Positions 18,928-28,177 of a stretch of 64,000 bases of DNA are shown here, one piece after another. The notes beneath the pieces are model-generated. The model worked only from the letters and a program-made list of their open reading frames with translations, ran no database searches and was not told the origin of the DNA. The translations under genes were made by a program, and so were the position numbers. Positions within the stretch are counted from its first letter, which is position 1. Each line of letters starts with the position of its first letter. Source of the stretch: a virus (taxonomy: Duplodnaviria > Caudoviricetes); the IMG/VR virus record IMGVR_UViG_3300037780_000034, positions 32,001 through 96,000 of that record. One strand, written 5' to 3'.

Positions 18928-19644
18928 ATGAAAGATTTTACATTACCTACAAGCGCAAACACATATTCAATTCAAAATTACAAATATGTTTCTAAGGTTC
19001 ACGCAATAATGTTGGCCTTCAACTTGTATAACATACATGGTGAACAAAATAATTTAATAAAATTTGATATAGTTCATTATTTGTTTGAACCCAAATACAC
19101 AATGGTCAATTCCAGCATACCAATATTATGCAGTAAAAAGATCACAAAAATTCCAGATATTGTAGATTTTATTAAATTTGGTTTACTTGTTAAAGTAATT
19201 GAAGATAGTCTTAGTTCATATGAAAAAGCATTACATAATTTTCTTGAAAAAATGGACGATCACGTAAATCCTCGTGATCTTGGTATTATTTCTTCTATTC
19301 CAAAATATTATTATCAACTTAAAGAACGTGAATACTTTGATGGTATAATTGAAACAGTAAAAAATTCAGGAAATGAATACTATGGTAGAGTAGGAAATCG
19401 TGAAGATTTTGTATTGACTTTAGTTTCAAAAAGACTTGCAAATTCTGCTACATATAATAAATTTTGGGTGATAAATGCGTTAAACAGTGAAAATAAGTTG
19501 TTTACTTATTTTGACTCACGCGATGTTATTAAAAACGTAGAAGTTAAAAATAATTTTAAAATAAGAGCAACAATTAAAAAACATAACTTTTCTACATTTT
19601 TGAAATGTAAAGAAACACAGTTAACAAGAATCTCGTATGTCTGA
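18928..19644 (+). CDS. hypothetical protein (possible C-terminal OB fold)
   Basis: 238 aa; ends ATIKKH..ETQLTRI. Confidence 0.75.
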   Translation: MKDFTLPTSANTYSIQNYKYVSKVHAIMLAFNLYNIHGEQNNLIKFDIVHYLFEPKYTMVNSSIPILCSKKITKIPDIVDFIKFGLLVKVIEDSLSSYEKALHNFLEKMDDHVNPRDLGIISSIPKYYYQLKEREYFDGIIETVKNSGNEYYGRVGNREDFVLTLVSKRLANSATYNKFWVINALNSENKLFTYFDSRDVIKNVEVKNNFKIRATIKKHNFSTFLKCKETQLTRISYV

Positions 19645-19662
19645 CTTTTTTGTAGATTCTTG

Positions 19663-19691
19663 TTGACACGGTGCCTGATTATCCTTATAAA
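19663..19691 (+). promoter_or_regulatory. sigma70-like promoter
   Basis: TTGACA-17-TATAAA. Confidence 0.6.
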
Positions 19692-19735
19692 GGTGTCAGT
19701 AACCAAGACAACACTCCTTAAGGAAGGAATCACAA

Positions 19736-20785
19736 ATGACAAAAGTCCTCGTAAAGTCTGGCTATGTCCGCAAGATTCAGGTTGAAAATATGACTTTCAA
19801 GATGATCAGCGGCATCAAGTCCGGTGCAAGCGGAATGTGGATTACGGTTGATCCCAAATCTGCACAAGGTGAGAATTCGCATCTTATTCACGAACTGAAT
19901 GCCAACGTGATTCGTGTCAAGATCGACTCCAAATCTTCATTTGAATTTATCGGTGATGCTGGCGGGTTTGATGGTTCTGATATGTCAGATGAAACCGATA
20001 TGGAACCCGTCACTCCGGAAACAGATGAAGAAATTATGACCCGTATTCGCACACGGTTCTCTATTCTGGATGATATGACGAATGCAGCCGTTGATGGTCT
20101 TATCAAAGGGCTTGTTGTATCTGGACCTCCAGGCGTTGGCAAGACATACGGCATCGAAAAAATCCTTGAGAAAGCTGAAATGCACGCGGTAATCACAAAT
20201 TCTAAGGCAAAGTATGGGGTAGAACGTGGTTCTGCAACTCCTATCTCGCTCTATAAGTTGCTGTATGAATACAGCGAAGAAAATAGCGTTCTCGTTCTGG
20301 ATGACAGCGATTCTATTTTGTATGATGAAGTCTCGCTGAACCTTTTGAAAGCTGTTCTTGACAGCGGGAAAAAGCGTCGTGTAGCGTGGCGTAGCGAAAC
20401 GCGGGCACTTGAACGTGATGGCGTTCCGGATACGTTTGAATTCAAGGGCAGCGTTGTGTTCATCACTAACCTGAAACTTGAAGACACACGCGGAAAAATT
20501 GGTGATCATATGAAGGCACTTCTGTCACGGTGCCATTACATTGATCTTGAAATCAACAATACCCGTGAAAAGTTTCTTCGCTGTAAGCAAATCATCAAGG
20601 ATGGGATGCTTATCAACAAAGGATTCACATACGAACAACAGAATGAACTCCTTGAATTCATTTATGATAACAAGGACAAATTTCGTGAACTTTCCCTTCG
20701 TATGGTGTCCAAGGTCTCTGACCTTTATAAAATGTCGCCGCAACGCTGGAAAGAATATGCGGAAAATACCTGTATTCGTCGGTAA
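19736..20785 (+). CDS. AAA+ ATPase
   Basis: Walker A GPPGVGKT, Walker B LVLDDSD, FITN, SRC; GC content higher than the flanks. Confidence 0.85.
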   Translation: MTKVLVKSGYVRKIQVENMTFKMISGIKSGASGMWITVDPKSAQGENSHLIHELNANVIRVKIDSKSSFEFIGDAGGFDGSDMSDETDMEPVTPETDEEIMTRIRTRFSILDDMTNAAVDGLIKGLVVSGPPGVGKTYGIEKILEKAEMHAVITNSKAKYGVERGSATPISLYKLLYEYSEENSVLVLDDSDSILYDEVSLNLLKAVLDSGKKRRVAWRSETRALERDGVPDTFEFKGSVVFITNLKLEDTRGKIGDHMKALLSRCHYIDLEINNTREKFLRCKQIIKDGMLINKGFTYEQQNELLEFIYDNKDKFRELSLRMVSKVSDLYKMSPQRWKEYAENTCIRR

Positions 20786-20800
20786 TTTCCAATAAACATA

Positions 20801-20829
20801 TTGACTTTTCCTTGAAACTATAATATACT
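20801..20829 (+). promoter_or_regulatory. sigma70-like promoter
   Basis: TTGACT-17-TATACT. Confidence 0.75.
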
Positions 20830-20869
20830 TGGGGTTTATAATCCCAAGTATATTTTTTTAGGAGAATCA

Positions 20870-22321
20870 ATGAAAATAAAAATAGTATTGAAAGACGAAG
20901 TTAACTGTAGGATAGAAAATTTACCGTTACCAGATAGAAAGTTTCTTTCAAAAAAGTATGCATTAAGGCTTCCATATGCATATCACACCGAAAAATTTAA
21001 GTTGGGTAGGTGGGATGGCAACGTCAACTTTTTTTCGTTAGGTGGCGGAACATATAGCAACATTCTACCAGAAATTTTAAAGTATCTTTCAGAAAAAAAT
21101 TATGAATTTGAACTTGAAGACCATCGTGTTAAACACGATTTCAGTAAAATAGAACCAGTCAACGAAAACAGCTTATCCCATATCAAATGGCCAGTGGGTC
21201 ATCCTCACGAGGGTCAGCCGGTTACTCTGCGTGATTACCAAGTCAATGCAATCAATATGTTTATCAACAACACTCAGGCATTGCAAGAATTATCTACATC
21301 AAGTGGAAAAACTATTATAACTGCAACTCTTTCTAAGCTTGTTGAACCGTATGGGAAAAGTATTGTAATTGTCCCAAATAAAAGTCTGGTAGAACAAACA
21401 CTGGAAGACTATGAAAATATTGGTCTTGATGTTGGTGTATATTATGGTGACAGGAAAGATTTAGACAAAACACATACAATATGCACTTGGCAAAGCTTAG
21501 AGGCTATGGAACGTCAGATGCGTGCAGAGAAACGCAAGGACGGACTAAAAGAGTTTTCCAAGGGTATCATTGCAGTAATTGTAGACGAAGCACACGGTGC
21601 TTCTGCCGACATATTGAAACGTATTCTTACCGGACCATTTGCAAACGTTCCTTTAAGATGGGGATTGACTGGCACAATCCCAAAAGACGATGTTTCCAGA
21701 ATGAGTTTAAAAATAAACCTCGGGGAAGTTGTAAACAAAGTAAAAGCATCTGAGTTACAGGATAAAGGTGTTCTGTCAAGTTGTAATATAAATGTGTTAC
21801 AGACCCAAGACAACATTGTTTATCAAAATTATCAAAGTGAAATATCTTATTTAACAACCAACACTAAACGAATAGAATGGATGGCATCACAGATAATAGA
21901 AATATGTAAGTCTGGAAATACCCTTATATTAGTAGATAAGCTTAAAACAGGGAATGAATTAAAAAAATTAATTCCAGATAGTGTATTCTTAAGTGGAAAA
22001 GATAAACAAAAAGATAGAAAAGCAGAATATAAAAGTATTAATCATAGTGAAAACAAACCATTAATAGCTACATTCGGTATTGCATCAACGGGTATTTCTA
22101 TTACAAAATTACACAATGTAGTATTAATAGAACCAGGAAAAAGTTTTGTTAGAACTATACAAAGCATTGGTAGAGGATTGCGAAAAGGATTCGACAAAGA
22201 TCATGTAGAAATATGGGACATATGTTCAGATTCAAAATACAGTAAAAAACATTTAACAGAAAGAAAAAAATACTATCGTGAAGCTGGATATAGCTTTAAA
22301 GTTAATAAAATTACTTATTAA
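20870..22321 (+). CDS. uvsW: SF2 DNA helicase UvsW
   Basis: LRDYQ, STSSGKT, VDEAH, GLTGT, STGISI, QSIGRGLR. Confidence 0.9.
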   Translation: MKIKIVLKDEVNCRIENLPLPDRKFLSKKYALRLPYAYHTEKFKLGRWDGNVNFFSLGGGTYSNILPEILKYLSEKNYEFELEDHRVKHDFSKIEPVNENSLSHIKWPVGHPHEGQPVTLRDYQVNAINMFINNTQALQELSTSSGKTIITATLSKLVEPYGKSIVIVPNKSLVEQTLEDYENIGLDVGVYYGDRKDLDKTHTICTWQSLEAMERQMRAEKRKDGLKEFSKGIIAVIVDEAHGASADILKRILTGPFANVPLRWGLTGTIPKDDVSRMSLKINLGEVVNKVKASELQDKGVLSSCNINVLQTQDNIVYQNYQSEISYLTTNTKRIEWMASQIIEICKSGNTLILVDKLKTGNELKKLIPDSVFLSGKDKQKDRKAEYKSINHSENKPLIATFGIASTGISITKLHNVVLIEPGKSFVRTIQSIGRGLRKGFDKDHVEIWDICSDSKYSKKHLTERKKYYREAGYSFKVNKITY

Positions 22322-22359
22322 ATAGTAAGTAAAAATATAAAAATTATAAAGGATAATAA

Positions 22360-22860
22360 ATGAATATACTAACGCTAGAAAATGAATTATATGACATAGA
22401 TTTTGTTCCAGAAGAAATTGATGATCTACGATATTCTGTTCTTGACTACAGTAATAAGAATGATGTAGACTATACATTCCAGTCATTGGTTTTTTTAGAA
22501 ATATTTTCTGCACCAGCGGCTGTATTACAAATAGGTAAAAACATAATTAAAGTTCCATTAGATTGGAATATTATTGTAGGAGACGATAACATAGTTGATC
22601 CAGAGATTGTTCCAGTATCATCATTGACAACACGAGGATTTAAGGCATTCTCTTTTAATCCTCTTTCCAGTGTGTTACCATCTTATCCAGAAATAAAATT
22701 AGTGAATATATACAAACAAATGAAATGGTATTCTCCGAAATTAAAGTATGGACACTTTTTGACTACTCCTATACAAAAATCAAAAAATCCGGATTGTGTT
22801 TTCTTTATCAAAGAAATTACAAAAATCCCAGAAATTTTAAATTGCAAAGATTTATGGTAA
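22360..22860 (+). CDS. hypothetical protein
   Basis: 166 aa in the replication operon. Confidence 0.8.
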   Translation: MNILTLENELYDIDFVPEEIDDLRYSVLDYSNKNDVDYTFQSLVFLEIFSAPAAVLQIGKNIIKVPLDWNIIVGDDNIVDPEIVPVSSLTTRGFKAFSFNPLSSVLPSYPEIKLVNIYKQMKWYSPKLKYGHFLTTPIQKSKNPDCVFFIKEITKIPEILNCKDLW

Positions 22861-22864
22861 AAAA

Positions 22865-23332
22865 ATGAAAAAATCTAAATTAGATATTAAACAGGTTATG
22901 AATGCCATTGATAAAAAAGATGTAGAATGGTATAAAAACTTAACGGATGAAGAAAAATCTCAAGTAACACCTTGGCAACTTATGCGTTTTTTAAGTAGTG
23001 CTGACAACAAAAATAAAAAAATTGTAGAATACTATTTGGAATTAACAAACGAGTTAGTTAATTTAGATTTTAATATTTTAAGAAATCATCCTGAATTACA
23101 AATAAGATTAATGCAAGCAATAGGATTAGGAATTAATATGTTTCATCCTTGGATACCTCCTGCAAAAAAAGAAAAAAAAGACAAAATTCACGAATTCTTA
23201 GAGTTGATTTTTCCAGACTGTAATTTTGACGAATTGGAAATAATTAAAACCAAAAACAATAAAGAAGACTTAATAGAACTTGCAAAGCTTTATGGATTAG
23301 ATGATAAACAAATAGCAGAGATTTTTAAATAA
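22865..23332 (+). CDS. clamp loader small subunit (gp62-like)
   Basis: AIDKKD, PWQLMRFLSS, HPELQ, HPWIP pattern. Confidence 0.6.
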   Translation: MKKSKLDIKQVMNAIDKKDVEWYKNLTDEEKSQVTPWQLMRFLSSADNKNKKIVEYYLELTNELVNLDFNILRNHPELQIRLMQAIGLGINMFHPWIPPAKKEKKDKIHEFLELIFPDCNFDELEIIKTKNNKEDLIELAKLYGLDDKQIAEIFK

Positions 23333-23994
23333 TGTTTACTTGTGATTTTTGTAATAAAACGTTTAAACGCGAAACTACAATGTTTAAACATATGTGTAAA
23401 AAGAAGCAAAGATATGTGAATAAAAATTCAAAAGAAAGTCAAGCAGGATATTTAACATACTTATATTGGTATTCAAGATCATATGGAAAGAAAGTTTCAT
23501 CAAAAACGTTTGATAACTTTATTAACAGTTCTATATATAATGATTTCTTTGATTTTGGAAAATATATTGTTGATTCCAAGATTAACAATTGGGAAAAATA
23601 TGTAGATTGGTTAATTAAAAATAAAATTCCTATTAAAAAATGGAATAAAGATTCTACATATTATACCTTTAATGATGAATTATTAAAAACAGAAAGTGTG
23701 TCACGTGCACTTGAACGTTATGTATTATTTTTACAAGAGTGGGAAGAAAAAACAAACACAAGATGGGATATGTTTTGGAAAACAGAAAATGAATTTGCAA
23801 TTATAAATTATATAAAAGAAGGGAAAATAAGTCCTTGGATATTGTTTTCTTCAAGTGATGCTATTGATTTTGTTAATACGATACCAGATGAATTGATTAT
23901 TGAAATACACAAATCTATTGATCTTTCATATTGGAATAATAAAATATCAAAAAGAAAAGAGGATTTAGAATGGGCGAAATCACTGTTAAAATAA
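23332..23994 (+). CDS. zinc-finger protein (C2HC)
   Basis: N-terminal CDFCNKTFKRETTMFKHMC. Confidence 0.7.
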   Translation: MFTCDFCNKTFKRETTMFKHMCKKKQRYVNKNSKESQAGYLTYLYWYSRSYGKKVSSKTFDNFINSSIYNDFFDFGKYIVDSKINNWEKYVDWLIKNKIPIKKWNKDSTYYTFNDELLKTESVSRALERYVLFLQEWEEKTNTRWDMFWKTENEFAIINYIKEGKISPWILFSSSDAIDFVNTIPDELIIEIHKSIDLSYWNNKISKRKEDLEWAKSLLK

Positions 23995-24563
23995 CAACAA
24001 CTGATGTAGACATAGACACTTCTGATAGAAATAAAGTATTAGAATTATTTGAATATACTAATGCATCTATAGTAAAAAACAAAACTTATAAAAAACATAA
24101 CACTGGCGTATATTTCCATCAAGTTCCAATAAATCCATATAACAATTTATGTAGTATAGATTATGAAGAAGCAGAAAAAAATGGCTTTTTTAAAATTGAT
24201 ATTTTGAATGTTAATATATATAAAGATATAAAATCAGAAGAACATTTATTAAAATTAATGAATACTGAACCAATATGGGAATTGTTAGAAGAAGAAGAAT
24301 TTTGTGATATTCTGTTTCACATGAAAGGACACCATTCAGTTTGTAAAAAAATGAAACCTAAATCAGTAACACAATTAGCTGCTGTTTTGGCAATGATAAG
24401 ACCATCTAAAAGGTATTTAATAGGAAAAGATTGGAACACAGTTTTTTCTGAAATTTGGGAAAAACCAAAAGATAATAGCTATTACTTCAAAAAAAGTCAC
24501 GCACATAGTTACAGTATTGCCGTAGTTGTTCATATGAATTTATTGTGTGAACAGCTTATTTAA
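23970..24563 (+). CDS. miniature DNA polymerase III alpha (DnaE)-like protein
   Basis: DVDID, KHNTGVY, FKIDILN, LAAVLAMIRP and YFKKSHA map onto DnaE palm/finger motifs. Confidence 0.75.
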   Translation: MGEITVKITTTDVDIDTSDRNKVLELFEYTNASIVKNKTYKKHNTGVYFHQVPINPYNNLCSIDYEEAEKNGFFKIDILNVNIYKDIKSEEHLLKLMNTEPIWELLEEEEFCDILFHMKGHHSVCKKMKPKSVTQLAAVLAMIRPSKRYLIGKDWNTVFSEIWEKPKDNSYYFKKSHAHSYSIAVVVHMNLLCEQLI

Positions 24564-24948
24564 CTTTTTTAATTAATTGAACATTTTTCTTCTTTGATCT
24601 TGTTTTTAACAAATCACGAATTCTTACGGTTGGACCAGAAACAAATTCAAGATTTTTATTAGAAAATGTAATAAGGCAATATTCAAACATATCAAATCTT
24701 TTTCCAATGACAATATTAATAGGAAGTTGTCTATTTGTTTCCCACCACCATTCAGTTGCTAACTTAATAAAATACTTTTTTTCTTCTTCTGTTTTAATAT
24801 GTTCGATTGAATACAAACTAGTTATATTAATATCTTCATTTTGTATAATCCCTACATATTCTCGTTGACCGCATCTGACGATTGTAAGAAATGGAAAGTT
24901 TTGCAGTAAATCATTATTATCATTCATTATTATATTAATCCTTTTCAT
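24556..24948 (-). CDS. hypothetical protein
   Basis: 130 aa; WWWETNRQLPINI; has its own late promoter. Confidence 0.75.
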   Translation of the reverse strand: MKRINIIMNDNNDLLQNFPFLTIVRCGQREYVGIIQNEDINITSLYSIEHIKTEEEKKYFIKLATEWWWETNRQLPINIVIGKRFDMFEYCLITFSNKNLEFVSGPTVRIRDLLKTRSKKKNVQLIKKVK

Positions 24949-24953
24949 TTCTT

Positions 24954-24965
24954 TATTTATAAATA
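24954..24965. promoter_or_regulatory. overlapping divergent late promoters
   Basis: TATAAATA on minus (24961-24954) and on plus (24958-24965). Confidence 0.65.
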
Positions 24966-24988
24966 TAAGTATTAGGAGTTTATGTTAT

Positions 24989-25762
24989 ATGGCTAAAAGA
25001 GAAAGTGTATCTGGTTTTACTTTTCCTCAAAAGGGTAATGTTATTTATGGAACATCAAGAACAGGAAGAAATGTATCAACTCCTTTTAGAATTTTAAAAG
25101 GTGTAGACACGTATATACAATTTTCTATTCAAGAAGCAGTAGGAAAAGCAAAAAAATTATACAATAAAACATTAAAAGCTACTGTAGTAAAATCAAAATC
25201 AAATGACATAATTCTTACCAGAAATCTAAAAATAGAAAATTATGATCTTGGTATAGCATCATTAACTATACTATCAACCGACACTATTGCAAAAGATGCA
25301 GGCTATTATGATTTAATTTTAACTATAACAGAGGAAAATTCAAATACATATCCTGTTTATGTAGATTCTACCTATAAAACAGATTATTCTTTAGAAATTT
25401 TAGAAAATTATGTAGATACTACTCCTAACTTATTTGAAGTCACAAGTTTTACAACTATAAACGATATTGAATATTCTGACAAATTATTATCAACTTCACA
25501 AGTTGCTAATACATTCGGAAATCTAACTGTTGTATTTTATGCTACGGATTTTACAGGTAGTGTAGGGATTGAAGCTAGTTTGGCAAGTAATCCAAATGAA
25601 AATGATTGGTTTTCAGTTGACTTAACATTGGTAAATCCTAAAAAAACTTATGAAAACTTTACTGGAATTGATGCATATGCATTTGAAGGAAAATTTATGT
25701 GGGTAAGATTTTCTAAGGAAACTGTATCAGGAATCATTGACAAAATTCTTTACATAGTATAA
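24989..25762 (+). CDS. virion structural protein (BppU N-terminal-like)
   Basis: Beta-rich, Thr-rich; late promoter. Confidence 0.55.
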   Translation: MAKRESVSGFTFPQKGNVIYGTSRTGRNVSTPFRILKGVDTYIQFSIQEAVGKAKKLYNKTLKATVVKSKSNDIILTRNLKIENYDLGIASLTILSTDTIAKDAGYYDLILTITEENSNTYPVYVDSTYKTDYSLEILENYVDTTPNLFEVTSFTTINDIEYSDKLLSTSQVANTFGNLTVVFYATDFTGSVGIEASLASNPNENDWFSVDLTLVNPKKTYENFTGIDAYAFEGKFMWVRFSKETVSGIIDKILYIV

Positions 25763-25765
25763 GAT
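25737..25765 (+). promoter_or_regulatory. sigma70-like promoter
   Basis: TTGACA-17-TAAGAT before the primase gene. Confidence 0.55.
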
Positions 25766-25772
25766 ACTATCT

Positions 25773-26780
25773 ATGAATAATTTTGTTGAATATGTAAGAG
25801 AACATGTTCCTTCGCATTGGAAGTATACTTCTGGCGGATGGATACATGGAAATTGCCCGATGTGCATTTATAATGGAGAATCACGCCCTGATACCAAAGG
25901 GCGTGGTGGTTTCAATTTTGACAATAACAGTATTTCTTATAATTGTTTTAATTGTAGATATACTGCAAGATGGGAACAAGGAAATAATATATCAAATAAG
26001 TTAACAAACTTATTAATTCAATTTGGAGCAGAAAAATCTGATATACAAAGATTTAAATTGCATCTGAAAATGCAATCTGAATTAATATATTCTCCAAAAA
26101 CAAAAGAAGAATCAAAATGGAAGTCTACAGTATCAAACTGGAAAGAAATATCATTACCACCAAAAAGTAAAAAACTGTTTGATATTCAAAACATTAAAGA
26201 TGATTCTTTTGAATTTAATGCTATAAATTATATAGCACAACGAAAATTAGAATTAATTGATGATTGGTATATAAGTGACTATTATACTTATAAGAATAGA
26301 ATTATATTACCTTTAAGATATAACAACAAAATAGTAGGGCATACTTCACGACTAATTGTCCCCCATTCAAAATATCCAAAATATTTAAAAAATATACCAA
26401 AAAATTATGTATTTAATTTAGATGCACAAAAATCTTCAAAAAAATATATAATCCTTACAGAAGGATATTTTGATGCCGTATTTACCGATGGGGTTGCAGT
26501 AGGATCAAATTATATAAACGACGAACAGGCAGAAATTATTGAATCTTTAAATAAAGAAATAATAGTATTACCAGATGCAAACCAAGCAGGAAGAAGACTT
26601 GCTATTTCTGGAATAGAAAGAGGATGGTCCATATCATACCCTCCTTGGGAGAAAGGAATAATTGATGTAAATGATGCAGTTAAAAGATATGGAAGATTTT
26701 TTACTATATATTCAATACTAGAAAATAAAATTACTAATACTACTAAAGCCAAAGTGATGGCAAAAACTTGGTGTTCATAA
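25773..26780 (+). CDS. dnaG: DNA primase (gp61-like)
   Basis: Zn ribbon CPMC..CFNC; TOPRIM TEGYFDA, PDANQAG, DVNDA. Confidence 0.9.
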   Translation: MNNFVEYVREHVPSHWKYTSGGWIHGNCPMCIYNGESRPDTKGRGGFNFDNNSISYNCFNCRYTARWEQGNNISNKLTNLLIQFGAEKSDIQRFKLHLKMQSELIYSPKTKEESKWKSTVSNWKEISLPPKSKKLFDIQNIKDDSFEFNAINYIAQRKLELIDDWYISDYYTYKNRIILPLRYNNKIVGHTSRLIVPHSKYPKYLKNIPKNYVFNLDAQKSSKKYIILTEGYFDAVFTDGVAVGSNYINDEQAEIIESLNKEIIVLPDANQAGRRLAISGIERGWSISYPPWEKGIIDVNDAVKRYGRFFTIYSILENKITNTTKAKVMAKTWCS

Positions 26781-26799
26781 AGCGGAGAACAAAATATAA

Positions 26800-28176
26800 A
26801 TGTCAGATGACTTTTCTACAGAAATGCAAAAACTATTTTTAGAATTTTTACAATCAGACCCAGACTTGTTTGTAAAATGCAATACTATAACACAAATTGA
26901 TTTTTTTGAGCATAAATTTCGTCCAGTAATTAAATTTATGAAGGAATATCATGATGAATATTCTGGCATACCTACTATATCACAGATTTCTGCAAAAACA
27001 GGAGTTTCGTTAAGTAATATTACTGACATTCAAGAAAACGAAAGAAATTGGTTTTTAGATGAATATGAAACTTTTTGTAGATACAAAGCATTAGAAAAAG
27101 CTATTTTGGCAAGCACTGATAAACTTGAAAAAAAAGAATACGGTGCAGTGGAACAGCTTATAAAGCAAGCAGTTTCTATTGGATTAACAAAAGATTTAGG
27201 AATGGATTATTGGAACGATCCAAAAAAACGTCTTGAAGATATTAAAGAAACTAAACCTGCAATTTCAACAGGATGGAAAACTATTGACACCGTGTTATAT
27301 GGTGGATTTGAACGTGGAACATTAAATGTTTTTGCTGCTCCTTCTGGTCACGGAAAAAGCTTAATGCTTCAAAATATAGCATTAAATTGGGCGTTAACCG
27401 GATATAATGTAGTATATATAAGTCTGGAACTTAGCACAAAACTTTGTTCAATGCGCTTAGATAGCATGCTTACCGGATACGGAACACGTGATTTGTTTAA
27501 AAATATAGATGATGTAAGTTTAAAATTAAGTATGATTTCTAAAAACGCAGCAAATCTACAAATAGTTCAGTTACCAAACGGAATTAACATAAATGACTTA
27601 AAAGCATATGTTAAAGAATATTCTACAAAAAAAGGAATTATGGTAGACGCAGTGGTAGTAGATTACTTAGACCTTATGACACCTGCACAAAAAAAAGTTC
27701 CACTAAATGATGTATTCACAAAAGATAAATTTGTAAGTGAAGAATTAAGAAATTTTACGATTGAAGGCAATTATCTTTTTGCTACAGCTTCGCAAATAGG
27801 ACGTGGTGGTATAGATGAAGCAGAATTTGGTATGCAAAACATTGCTGGTGGTATATCAAAGATATATACTGCTGATAATGTAATTGGCTTACACGCCAGT
27901 AAAGCTATGAAAGAACGTGGAAAAATTCAAATAGAATTTATGAAAACCAGAAGTAGTGCAGGAGAAGGAAGAAAGTTAGAACTATCATATGACAATACTT
28001 GTATGAGAATAAAAGATATAGACGATGAAGATAACAATAATACTTCTCAATCCACACAACCTTCTATATATGATAAATTAAAAGCAAAATCTTCAAATAA
28101 CGATGCACCCGAACCAAAAAGTGACAGTAATATAGACATAAATAAGCTTAAATCTATATTAAAACGAAGAGATTAA
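26800..28176 (+). CDS. dnaB: replicative helicase (gp41/DnaB-like)
   Basis: APSGHGKS, ISLEL, VVDYLDLM, TASQIGR, MKTR. Confidence 0.95.
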   Translation: MSDDFSTEMQKLFLEFLQSDPDLFVKCNTITQIDFFEHKFRPVIKFMKEYHDEYSGIPTISQISAKTGVSLSNITDIQENERNWFLDEYETFCRYKALEKAILASTDKLEKKEYGAVEQLIKQAVSIGLTKDLGMDYWNDPKKRLEDIKETKPAISTGWKTIDTVLYGGFERGTLNVFAAPSGHGKSLMLQNIALNWALTGYNVVYISLELSTKLCSMRLDSMLTGYGTRDLFKNIDDVSLKLSMISKNAANLQIVQLPNGININDLKAYVKEYSTKKGIMVDAVVVDYLDLMTPAQKKVPLNDVFTKDKFVSEELRNFTIEGNYLFATASQIGRGGIDEAEFGMQNIAGGISKIYTADNVIGLHASKAMKERGKIQIEFMKTRSSAGEGRKLELSYDNTCMRIKDIDDEDNNNTSQSTQPSIYDKLKAKSSNNDAPEPKSDSNIDINKLKSILKRRD

Positions 28177-28177
28177 T

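Noticed and set aside
19888-20870. Several antisense ORFs over the ATPase gene
   Set aside because: An expected by-product of higher GC and RNY codon bias; no motifs or RBS.
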